Shown here: positions 19,112 to 27,152 of the stretch, in pieces
How positions within the stretch are numbered: position 1 is the stretch's first letter
How the letters are laid out: each line of letters begins with the position of its first letter
Notes under the pieces: model-generated
Database searches by the model: none
What the model was told of the DNA's origin: nothing
Seen by the model: the letters and a program-made list of their open reading frames with translations, nothing else
Position numbers and translations under genes: made by a program
Virus record (IMG/VR): IMGVR_UViG_3300037875_000252
Span: 2,670-66,669 of that record
Source of the DNA: a virus
Length of the DNA stretch: 64,000 nt
Strand: one strand, 5' to 3'

Positions 19112-19384
19112 ATGGAAATACCAAAATACTTAACAATACTGACTCAAGGTGAAAAGGCTCTTTCAGATGTACTAGCAAAAAGAAGAAATAATAAAACAAA
19201 GAAAAGTTGTGAGCTTGAGATTGCAAAAATAGAAGAGGATATTGCAACAAAGGAAACATCACTTCTTGAAGCCTATTCATCAAGAGATCTTGATTTTGAA
19301 CACCTGGTTAGCCTGAAAGATGGTATTGATATTATGAACAGAAAAAGAGATCAGTATCTTGAACTAAAAGATCAACTGTTCTAA
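19112..19384 (+). CDS. Coiled-coil hypothetical protein
   Basis: 90 aa heptad-rich ORF ending in QLF. Confidence 0.6.
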   Translation: MEIPKYLTILTQGEKALSDVLAKRRNNKTKKSCELEIAKIEEDIATKETSLLEAYSSRDLDFEHLVSLKDGIDIMNRKRDQYLELKDQLF

Positions 19385-19403
19385 TTGTAATTTATTCTAG
19401 TTT

Positions 19404-19471
19404 ATGTGGTGGTCACCTTTATATTGATAATTTTTGTGAGAGATAATTGTTTTTTGTGGTGAACACCACAT
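19404..19471. other. Long intergenic stem-loop
   Basis: atgtggtggtcacc...ggtgaacaccacat. Confidence 0.55.
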
Positions 19472-19489
19472 TTTTAAGAAAGGTGAAAA

Positions 19490-19756
19490 ATGCTTAAACT
19501 AATTAACTTCTTATTATTTTTAATTTGTATTGTAACTTTTAATGTGATGGTTGTTAGTTTAGTATTTGGTTTTATTTTAATATTCTTCTTTAACTTGTTT
19601 ATATTTTGTTTTTGTTATTATAGTATGGGAATGGATGTAAATGTAAAGAAGAAAGATGCAAAACAGATTCATCTGACTTATTTTAACGGTGATAAAGATG
19701 TTGAAGATGATGATGAATTTGGTTATTTTGGTAGAAATAACTTTAGTATAAATTAG
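19490..19756 (+). CDS. Membrane protein
   Basis: Long hydrophobic N-terminus, GAAAGGTG RBS. Confidence 0.55.
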   Translation: MLKLINFLLFLICIVTFNVMVVSLVFGFILIFFFNLFIFCFCYYSMGMDVNVKKKDAKQIHLTYFNGDKDVEDDDEFGYFGRNNFSIN

Positions 19757-19768
19757 AAAGGTGGTAAA

Positions 19769-19984
19769 GTGAAAATAAACATTGTTAGTATTCCAGTTGA
19801 AAAATTTCATCCAGTAAAGATAGAAATAACTTGTGAAACTAAAGAGGAGTTACAAGTTGTTAATAATTTTAGTTATATTCAGGCACCTAAACCATTTGTT
19901 ACTTACCCTAAAATAGATTATGCAGGTCAAATTTTAAAAGAATTATTTGATGGTTTATATTTACAAACTAAGTATTTACTTTAA
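19769..19984 (+). CDS. Hypothetical protein
   Basis: GAAAGGTG RBS. Confidence 0.55.
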   Translation: MKINIVSIPVEKFHPVKIEITCETKEELQVVNNFSYIQAPKPFVTYPKIDYAGQILKELFDGLYLQTKYLL

Positions 19985-20100
19985 GGATATGAAAATTCCA
20001 GAAATTTGTACTATTAAAGAGTTTATTAAAAATGATTTTACTGTTTATAAGAAATAAATTTTAATTTAATAGATTTGAACACCTATTAAGGAGAAAAGAA

Positions 20101-20421
20101 ATGGGAAGACCTACTACATTAAACATCAGATTTGAAGGTAAAGGTGCAAGTAATAAGAATAAGTGTTATGGTTGTCATTTGAGACCGGTTAGTGAGTGGT
20201 GTAGTTATAGATGGTGGCCTACTGAAGGTCGTAAAGGTTATGCTTTCAGAATGTTTAGAAAGATACATCTCTTACCTACTTGTAAGAAGCCCGATTTTGA
20301 TTACAAAGAAAGAGATGAATATAGAAGTAAGTATTATGAAGCAATGGGTATAATTGTAGAAGAAAAACCTAAAGGAACTGGTAGAGGTAGTAGAAGTAAG
20401 AAAAATGTGGTGATGTTATGA
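20101..20421 (+). CDS. Basic hypothetical protein
   Basis: AAGGAG RBS, 106 aa. Confidence 0.6.
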   Translation: MGRPTTLNIRFEGKGASNKNKCYGCHLRPVSEWCSYRWWPTEGRKGYAFRMFRKIHLLPTCKKPDFDYKERDEYRSKYYEAMGIIVEEKPKGTGRGSRSKKNVVML

Positions 20422-20451
20422 AATATAAAGATTTAAAGAATAATATGAAAG

Positions 20452-20655
20452 GTGAACAAGATGAAAAAAATATCTGATTATATATCTGTATTTGTATTTA
20501 TAGTAATTTTAACATTAATGGGTGTAATTGGTTTTATTGATAGTTGTAAAAATAATATTATATATGAAGATGATATTATATACGATAGTCTTGATGATTT
20601 TACACAATCTTATTCTTACTGTACTTGGAGAACTAATTTTAAAATAATTAAATGA
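20452..20655 (+). CDS. Small membrane protein
   Basis: Single TM segment. Confidence 0.5.
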   Translation: MNKMKKISDYISVFVFIVILTLMGVIGFIDSCKNNIIYEDDIIYDSLDDFTQSYSYCTWRTNFKIIK

Positions 20656-20834
20656 TATGTAAAAACTGTAAAACTAGAGATATAAATAATATGTGGGAAA
20701 ATAATATAAATTATGAAAAAGAATTATTTATATATTGCTCTTCATGTAGAACTAAGTTAATACCATATCACATACCAGATGATCAGTATGTTAAATATTG
20801 GATAGAATTTTCTAGAAAGAATAAATATGAATAA
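20652..20834 (+). CDS. PxHIP-family small Zn-finger protein
   Basis: CKNC..CSSC..IPYHIPDDQYVKY. Confidence 0.7.
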   Translation: MICKNCKTRDINNMWENNINYEKELFIYCSSCRTKLIPYHIPDDQYVKYWIEFSRKNKYE

Positions 20835-21165
20835 AATACAAAAAGAACTATTTAAGTTACTACTAACAAAGAAAAATAAAGAAGAATTAATTGATCTACA
20901 TAATACAGTAGATTATGAAATTTACAGAGAACTAATAAAAGAATATTGGTTAGAACATGTTAGTACTTTAGAGGAATTTAATAATGAAATAATGAAATAA
21001 TTTAAAGAAAGGTGGAAAAATGTCTACAAAAATATTAAAATGTTTCTGTAAAAGTGAATTTCAAGATAAAAAATACGGTAAGCAAAAAAGAGTAGCAAAC
21101 TGTACATCAAAAGATAATGAATATAGATGTACAGTTTGCGGTAAAATAATTGTAAAATAAAAATA

Positions 21166-21251
21166 GTGTGGTAGATCTAATGTTCAACATCCTATTACCT
21201 CAATAGTAGGATGAATATTATCGTAAGGTATTATTAGTAGATCTACCACAC
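21166..21251 (+). ncRNA. Candidate structured RNA (multi-stem)
   Basis: 14-bp outer stem gtgtggtagatcta/tagatctaccacac enclosing a catcctatta/tagtaggatg hairpin. Confidence 0.45.
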
Positions 21252-21279
21252 ATAAAAACTATGAGAATTTATAAAAACT

Positions 21280-21567
21280 ATGAGAATTTATAAAGAATAT
21301 ACAGATTGGTTTACTAGGATTAATTCTAAAGGTGAGTTAATTATGTATCATTTAGGAATTAATAAATGTACATGTTCTAAAAAATTTAATAGAGATAAAA
21401 TAAATGAAAAATTTAAAAATTACGATTACGATAAATATGATGATTGGATACATAATCCTTATAGAGTAAGAAATCCAATACACATACCAGAAGAACAGAT
21501 TGAGATGTATTGGAAAAAAAGAATTACAAAACTTTATAATGAGGAAAAAAATAATGTACAAAAATAA
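21280..21567 (+). CDS. PxHIP-family protein (long form)
   Basis: NPIHIPEEQIEMYW. Confidence 0.65.
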   Translation: MRIYKEYTDWFTRINSKGELIMYHLGINKCTCSKKFNRDKINEKFKNYDYDKYDDWIHNPYRVRNPIHIPEEQIEMYWKKRITKLYNEEKNNVQK

Positions 21568-21621
21568 AAATGAAATGTATAATTTGTAAAAAAGAAAAAT
21601 TGTTATTAAGAAAGGTAGAAA

Positions 21622-21807
21622 ATGAGAAATTGCAATAAAGATTGTAAAATATTAAAATATGTAGATGAACTACCATGTCCTATAGAAAGGTTTACTACAA
21701 CAAAATTAAAATCAGAATGGTGGTTTGAGAAAGATGGTGAGAAACTTTACCCTTTATGCGAAAATAATACATTTAAAAAATCTAATAAACAAGTTGTTAT
21801 GTTATAG
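21622..21807 (+). CDS. Hypothetical protein
   Basis: GAAAGG RBS; ends in VVML like the 20101 ORF. Confidence 0.5.
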   Translation: MRNCNKDCKILKYVDELPCPIERFTTTKLKSEWWFEKDGEKLYPLCENNTFKKSNKQVVML

Positions 21808-21815
21808 GAGATTCT

Positions 21816-22592
21816 ATGGATAAAGTAAGTAATACTGTATTAGAAGTAATTATAAATTATAAAATTAATCCTTCCAGTTATTCACCATACCATTATTCAC
21901 ATAGTAGAGTAAATGAAGTAAGAAAGTATATTTCTTGTGGTAAATATACAAATAAAGGTGAAGAATTAATAAATGAATATGATAAATTTATTAACTTATT
22001 AAATAAATTTGATTGTATTGGTGGTAAAGATTTTAATGACAATACGTATGAAATAAAAATAAATAATAGTTTGTTAAGTTGTGTTATTAGTACACAATTT
22101 AAAAAAGGTGTTTATAATACATTTTTAAAACTACCAGAAATATTTAATAGTAATATCTGTTCATCAGTAAATAAGGAATTAAAGAAAGTTAAAGAAAGTA
22201 AATTAATTGAAATTAAAAGATGTAATATTAATATTAAAGGTATGATTTACGATAAAGAATTTGATTTTAAATTTATAATAAGTGATTTAAGTATAAAATT
22301 TAAATTTATTTTTGATGAAAATCATATTAATGATAAATTTATGACAATTAGTAGCATACCATCTCATATACCATACGTACAACAACATAAATACATTATT
22401 AAACATTACCAACAAAAAGAAGTAATACAAAATTTTATTAGTAAAAAATATAAAACAGAAATTTATAGATGCTGTAATAATAAATTATTATTACATCATA
22501 ATTTCTGTTTTAATTGTGGTAAAGAAATTAAAATTCCAACTATAGATATAAAGGAGGTTGTTGAAGAAAAATTAGAAAGTTTATTAAAGTAA
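21816..22592 (+). CDS. Hypothetical protein with internal PxHIP motif
   Basis: IPSHIPYVQQHKY at about residue 180; C-terminal CFNCG. Confidence 0.6.
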   Translation: MDKVSNTVLEVIINYKINPSSYSPYHYSHSRVNEVRKYISCGKYTNKGEELINEYDKFINLLNKFDCIGGKDFNDNTYEIKINNSLLSCVISTQFKKGVYNTFLKLPEIFNSNICSSVNKELKKVKESKLIEIKRCNINIKGMIYDKEFDFKFIISDLSIKFKFIFDENHINDKFMTISSIPSHIPYVQQHKYIIKHYQQKEVIQNFISKKYKTEIYRCCNNKLLLHHNFCFNCGKEIKIPTIDIKEVVEEKLESLLK

Positions 22593-22621
22593 TTTTGAAC
22601 ATTTATTAGGAGATGGTTTAA

Positions 22622-23659
22622 ATGAAAATTATAACAGTTAAACAATATCATGAAGCATTGAAAATGGTTAAACAACCGTTAGTTATTATGGGATCACCTG
22701 GACTATGTAAAACAAGTTTACCGGATCAAGTAGCAAGAGAGCTTGGTGGAGTAAGTCATGTAATACCAGTTGCTCAATTTAGTGAACCAGGTGATATGTT
22801 AGGTTGTCCTTATGATGTAGAAGTAGAATCTGAAGATGGTTCATTGTCTAGAAAAACAGCTTATGCTACACCAGATTATTTCCCAACAAAAGGTAAAGGG
22901 TTTGTAATTATTGATGATTTTAACAGAGCTAACACATTAATAGTACAATCTTTATTACATTTAGCACAATACAGAGAATTTGGTAGTTATAGATTACCAG
23001 AATTAGTATATGATGATAAAGGTAACTGGATAAGTGGATTTAAATTAGTATTTACAGGTAATATGTCAGAAGAAGGTGAGAAGGATTATATAGTAAATGA
23101 TGTTGATGATGCTTTTTTCTCTAGAGTTATAAGTTACCAACTTAAATTTGATAAGCTTATGTGGGGTAAGTGGGCAAGGTCAGTAAATATAGATGAAAAA
23201 TTCATATCATTTATACTTAAAAATAATGAATTAGTTAATCTAGATGATAATCCTAGAGCATTTTCTAACGGATTCCTAGAGTTAAAAGGTGTTGATGATT
23301 TAGATAGAATAGAATTTATTATGTCTGGTACAGTTAAATGCTACCCACTTCTAAGATCTTGGTTGGAGAAAGAGTGGAGTGAACTTAACTTTGATTCTAA
23401 TGATGTTTATGATGATAATAAACATAAAAATCTTATTAAAATATTCAAAGGTGCAAGTGAAGATGGAATGATGTTATTTGCTGAAAGAATAGCTACTTTG
23501 AATGTTAAGGACATAAATAAGAAACAGCAAGAGTCATTGAGAAAGTTCTTTCATCTTATGAGAGATGTTGATAGAGAAAGATTTATGGTAGCATTTATTC
23601 CAGTAAACAATGAGTGTCATACTCTTACAGATGACTCACTTTTTAACGAGCTTGTATAA
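22622..23659 (+). CDS. MoxR-like AAA+ ATPase
   Basis: GSPGLCKT Walker A variant, IIDDFNRA Walker B, TGN, DAFFSR. Confidence 0.8.
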   Translation: MKIITVKQYHEALKMVKQPLVIMGSPGLCKTSLPDQVARELGGVSHVIPVAQFSEPGDMLGCPYDVEVESEDGSLSRKTAYATPDYFPTKGKGFVIIDDFNRANTLIVQSLLHLAQYREFGSYRLPELVYDDKGNWISGFKLVFTGNMSEEGEKDYIVNDVDDAFFSRVISYQLKFDKLMWGKWARSVNIDEKFISFILKNNELVNLDDNPRAFSNGFLELKGVDDLDRIEFIMSGTVKCYPLLRSWLEKEWSELNFDSNDVYDDNKHKNLIKIFKGASEDGMMLFAERIATLNVKDINKKQQESLRKFFHLMRDVDRERFMVAFIPVNNECHTLTDDSLFNELV

Positions 23660-23669
23660 AGAATTAACT

Positions 23670-23712
23670 TGACTCCTTAGTATATGTTATATTTATTCAT
23701 ACTAAGGAGTCA
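23670..23712. other. Perfect 14-bp inverted repeat between AAA and vWA genes
   Basis: tgactccttagtat...atactaaggagtca. Confidence 0.6.
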
Positions 23713-23743
23713 TTATTAACAAAAAATAAATAGGAGAAAGTTA

Positions 23744-24889
23744 ATGCCTAAAAATAAAGTAAAAAAAGAAATTGTAAAGAAATTACCATTTAAAGGTGCT
23801 TTAGATGTACACGAAAACATTAGAAGTTTAATGAAACTTCTACCACGTCTAGGTTATATAATAGTAAAGATAAAATGGCAAGTAAGTAATATAGTACCAA
23901 CTGCTGGTATTTCACACACTTACAAGTTATACATCAATAAAGGTTACTTTGAGAGTATAACTAAAGATGAAAGAGTAGCTGTTTTAAAACATGAAGCTTT
24001 ACATATTGCCCATAGACATTGGGAAAGATTAATAGACGTTTCACAACCATATATAGCAGAAATTGCAAAAGAAATATCTATTAATCAATATATAGATGGT
24101 TTACCAGAAGGTTGTCTTAATGTTAATATGTTTAATTTAGATAAAGGATTAACTTTAGAAGATTACTACAAAAAACTATTAAAAATTGCAGAAAATAATA
24201 GTAAAGATTTAAAAAATAAATCAGATGGTAATCCTTTGAAAGGTGATTCTAAAGATCTAAAAGGTAATCCAATTTTAGGTGATAAAATATGTAAAGACGC
24301 TGAAGAATATGCTGAGTCTATAGGTAAAGAATCAGGTAACATGTTTGAGAAGGTGGAAATATTACCAACTAATTATAAAGCTAAAATTAACGCACTGGTA
24401 GGTTGTCAACCATCAACAACAAAAATAAAAAGAAGTTATAGTAGAAGAAGTAAGAGATTTGTAAAATCACCCGGATTGAAAAAAGAATTGGAACTTGGTA
24501 ATTGTATATTTGGTCTTGATACAAGCGGTAGTATGTCTCAAGAAGAACTTGGTAAAGCACTTGATGTTGCTAAAAAGATAAGACATAAGTGTAGTAAACT
24601 AACAATGATTCAAGGTGATACTGAAGTTAAAGATATTAGTAGTGTTAAGAAAAATGTTAGAGAGATGACTATTAAAGGTAGGGGTGGAACAACATTAACA
24701 CCTATAGTAGAGAAAGCAAAGGAGTTTGGTTATCCTAAAGTACCTTTAATAATGTTTACAGATGGTGATGTTTGGGATTACCCACCTAAAGAACAATTGA
24801 AAAATTCTGTGTGGGTATTTACTAAAGGTAGTAATGCTATTACATTCTCTAAAAGTCATCCTGGTGTTAAATACGCAGTTATGATGTGA
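23744..24889 (+). CDS. Metallopeptidase-vWA protein (DUF2201-like)
   Basis: HEALH zinc motif; DTSGS MIDAS, GRGGT, FTDG. Confidence 0.85.
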   Translation: MPKNKVKKEIVKKLPFKGALDVHENIRSLMKLLPRLGYIIVKIKWQVSNIVPTAGISHTYKLYINKGYFESITKDERVAVLKHEALHIAHRHWERLIDVSQPYIAEIAKEISINQYIDGLPEGCLNVNMFNLDKGLTLEDYYKKLLKIAENNSKDLKNKSDGNPLKGDSKDLKGNPILGDKICKDAEEYAESIGKESGNMFEKVEILPTNYKAKINALVGCQPSTTKIKRSYSRRSKRFVKSPGLKKELELGNCIFGLDTSGSMSQEELGKALDVAKKIRHKCSKLTMIQGDTEVKDISSVKKNVREMTIKGRGGTTLTPIVEKAKEFGYPKVPLIMFTDGDVWDYPPKEQLKNSVWVFTKGSNAITFSKSHPGVKYAVMM

Positions 24890-24958
24890 TTAGTTACTGG
24901 TGAGATGTTTTAGAAGTTTCTCAACTGTTTATTTTGACAAACACATGAGATAGTAATA

Positions 24959-25228
24959 TTGAGTAAACATTATTACAACATCTCACCAGTAGAAATAATT
25001 TACAATAAAAATAATATGAGAGAAGTAGGAATATTAAAAAATTGTTTTGTGTGTGGTGAAATATTAGTTAATAATAGATGGTATTGTTCTACTCATTATA
25101 AAAGCATTTATATTAGTAATTATAAGGAATTAATTAATTTAATACCAGATCACATACCAATAGAACAGGAATATAAATATTTAAGATATTTAGTAAAGAA
25201 AAATAATATAATTGACAATAAAAAATAA
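24959..25228 (+). CDS. PxHIP-family small Zn-finger protein
   Basis: CFVC..CSTH..IPDHIPIEQEYKY. Confidence 0.7.
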   Translation: MSKHYYNISPVEIIYNKNNMREVGILKNCFVCGEILVNNRWYCSTHYKSIYISNYKELINLIPDHIPIEQEYKYLRYLVKKNNIIDNKK

Positions 25229-25239
25229 TAGGTTATAAT
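25212..25239 (+). promoter_or_regulatory. Sigma-70 promoter-like sequence
   Basis: TTGACA-N16-TATAAT. Confidence 0.45.
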
Positions 25240-25611
25240 ATGATAATTAAACTTTGTGATGTTTGTTCTACTAATGAATGTAGGTATATAGGTCTTACAC
25301 CTATTGAATTACTACCTAAACACATACCAGCCAATCAATGGATCAAATATACTAAAAGTTTAAAAGAAAAAGTTAAAAGATATAAATATGGTCAAAATAA
25401 TTATTATATAGACGGATTATATATGTGGACAAAAGCAACTGGTAAAGATGGTAGAAGATTACAAAAGAAAGAAATTAATTTCTTAAATAATGATAAATAT
25501 AATGATTGGGTAAAGTATGAAAAAGTACCAGATCACATACCAGAAGAACAACATTTTAACTACTACTATTTAATGTGGAAAAAAGAAAATGAGACATTGT
25601 GTAAAATGTAA
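25240..25611 (+). CDS. PxHIP-family protein with two motif copies
   Basis: LPKHIPANQWIKY and VPDHIPEEQHFNY. Confidence 0.7.
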   Translation: MIIKLCDVCSTNECRYIGLTPIELLPKHIPANQWIKYTKSLKEKVKRYKYGQNNYYIDGLYMWTKATGKDGRRLQKKEINFLNNDKYNDWVKYEKVPDHIPEEQHFNYYYLMWKKENETLCKM

Positions 25612-25768
25612 TAAAGAATTAGATTCTAACGTATTTGCTTGTAATACTTGCTGGAATATAATTAATACCAATATTAGTTCTTATTTAATACCATCACATA
25701 TACCAAAAAAACAATATTCAAAATACATAATCAAATTATTTGAGGGTAATAAATATGAGATTAGCTAA
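25589..25768 (+). CDS. PxHIP-family small Zn-finger protein (not in ORF track)
   Basis: CVKC..CNTC..IPSHIPKKQYSKY. Confidence 0.7.
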   Translation: MRHCVKCNKELDSNVFACNTCWNIINTNISSYLIPSHIPKKQYSKYIIKLFEGNKYEIS

Positions 25769-25976
25769 ACAACTTAATCAATGTATTATTTGTAGTGAAC
25801 CTAATTTGGGTAATTCAATGTGGTATCATAATGATTGTTATGGTAATAAAGATATTATACAAGTACATATTCCAAATCACATACCAGTAGAACAAGAATT
25901 TACATATTTAAATAAAATATACTTAAAGGAAATTCATGAGAAAAAAGAAGAAAGTAAATTTCGGTCTAACAAATAG
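25755..25976 (+). CDS. PxHIP-family small Zn-finger protein
   Basis: CIIC..HNDC..IPNHIPVEQEFTY. Confidence 0.7.
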   Translation: MRLAKQLNQCIICSEPNLGNSMWYHNDCYGNKDIIQVHIPNHIPVEQEFTYLNKIYLKEIHEKKEESKFRSNK

Positions 25977-26334
25977 AAGATATATTGGTAAATTGTGTAC
26001 AAAGGATCATAAGTATGAAGATACTGAATTCAGTGTTAGGCAGAAAGGATCTAACTCTTGTGTTGTTTGTGATTGGACTAATAAACAATTTGCTAAAAGC
26101 TTTAAGTTTTTTGGTCAAGAAGTACCAACAAGTCATAGAGGTAGAAACAATTCTTCTCATATAGAAATAGGTACTGGATGTAAAAATAGGATTTGTTTAT
26201 CTTGTGATGAAATATTTTTCTCATCTTTCAGTGGTAATAGGATATGTAATAAATGTAAAACAAGTAAAGAAACAAAAATAGAGATGAAAGGATTAGCTAG
26301 TATAACTACTTATAGGGTGTTAATACCTAAATGA
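25936..26334 (+). CDS. Zn-ribbon protein, RxCxxC..NRxCxxC family (copy 2 of 3)
   Basis: RICLSCDEIFFSSFSGNRICNKC. Confidence 0.65.
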   Translation: MRKKKKVNFGLTNRRYIGKLCTKDHKYEDTEFSVRQKGSNSCVVCDWTNKQFAKSFKFFGQEVPTSHRGRNNSSHIEIGTGCKNRICLSCDEIFFSSFSGNRICNKCKTSKETKIEMKGLASITTYRVLIPK

Positions 26335-26531
26335 ATCAATTTGAAAAATACATAATTAGAAGAGGATGGGTAAAATGTTTAGGTTGTAATGATATGATAA
26401 ATAATGAAGATATAAGTGATCTATATATTTTTGGTTATTGTCCACATTGTATATCTAAAATACCTAAACATATACCAGAAGAACAGTGGGGAAAGTATTT
26501 AAATAAAAGAAAGAAAATATATGAAAAATAA
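26331..26531 (+). CDS. PxHIP-family small Zn-finger protein
   Basis: CLGC..CPHC..IPKHIPEEQWGKY. Confidence 0.7.
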   Translation: MNQFEKYIIRRGWVKCLGCNDMINNEDISDLYIFGYCPHCISKIPKHIPEEQWGKYLNKRKKIYEK

Positions 26532-26940
26532 AATAACAAAGAAAAGAATAAGTATACAATCAGCAAAAGCAAAAGGTCGTAAGTTACAACAATGGACAGC
26601 CAGTAAAATATCTGAAATAACAGGTATTAAATGTGGCTCTGATGAATTAATATCATCTAGAGGTGGTGGTCAATCAGGAACAGATGTTGCTTTGATTGGC
26701 GAAGCAAAAACACTATTTCCTTTCAGTATAGAATGTAAAGCTCAAGAGACGTACTCTATGCCGTCATTTATTAAACAATCTAAAGATAATCAATTACCTA
26801 ATACTGATTGGTTATTAGTAATTAAAAGAAAACAAGAGAAACCTACAGTAACTATGGACGCAGAATCATTTTTCAAAATGTATGAAAAAACAATACCTAA
26901 GAAAGGTTATTTTATGAACAGGGAAGAAATACCACAATGA
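26521..26940 (+). CDS. Holliday junction resolvase (PD-(D/E)xK)
   Basis: SAKAKGRKLQ, GQSGTD, FPFSIECKAQE. Confidence 0.8.
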   Translation: MKNKITKKRISIQSAKAKGRKLQQWTASKISEITGIKCGSDELISSRGGGQSGTDVALIGEAKTLFPFSIECKAQETYSMPSFIKQSKDNQLPNTDWLLVIKRKQEKPTVTMDAESFFKMYEKTIPKKGYFMNREEIPQ

Positions 26941-27152
26941 GAAAAATAACTCTAAGTATAAAATGTTTAATTTGTGGTAAAGATACTATTAATGTTTATG
27001 TGTGTGATACTTGTGCCCCAAAAGTAAGAAAAAGTTTAGGTGTTACTAATGCACGATGGATTCCACATCATATACCATTTAAACAAGAAAAAATATGGAT
27101 GACTACATATTTGAAAAAAAATAAAGAAAAAATAAAGGAAATAAAAATATGA
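26937..27152 (+). CDS. PxHIP-family small Zn-finger protein
   Basis: CLIC..CDTC..IPHHIPFKQ. Confidence 0.7.
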   Translation: MRKITLSIKCLICGKDTINVYVCDTCAPKVRKSLGVTNARWIPHHIPFKQEKIWMTTYLKKNKEKIKEIKI

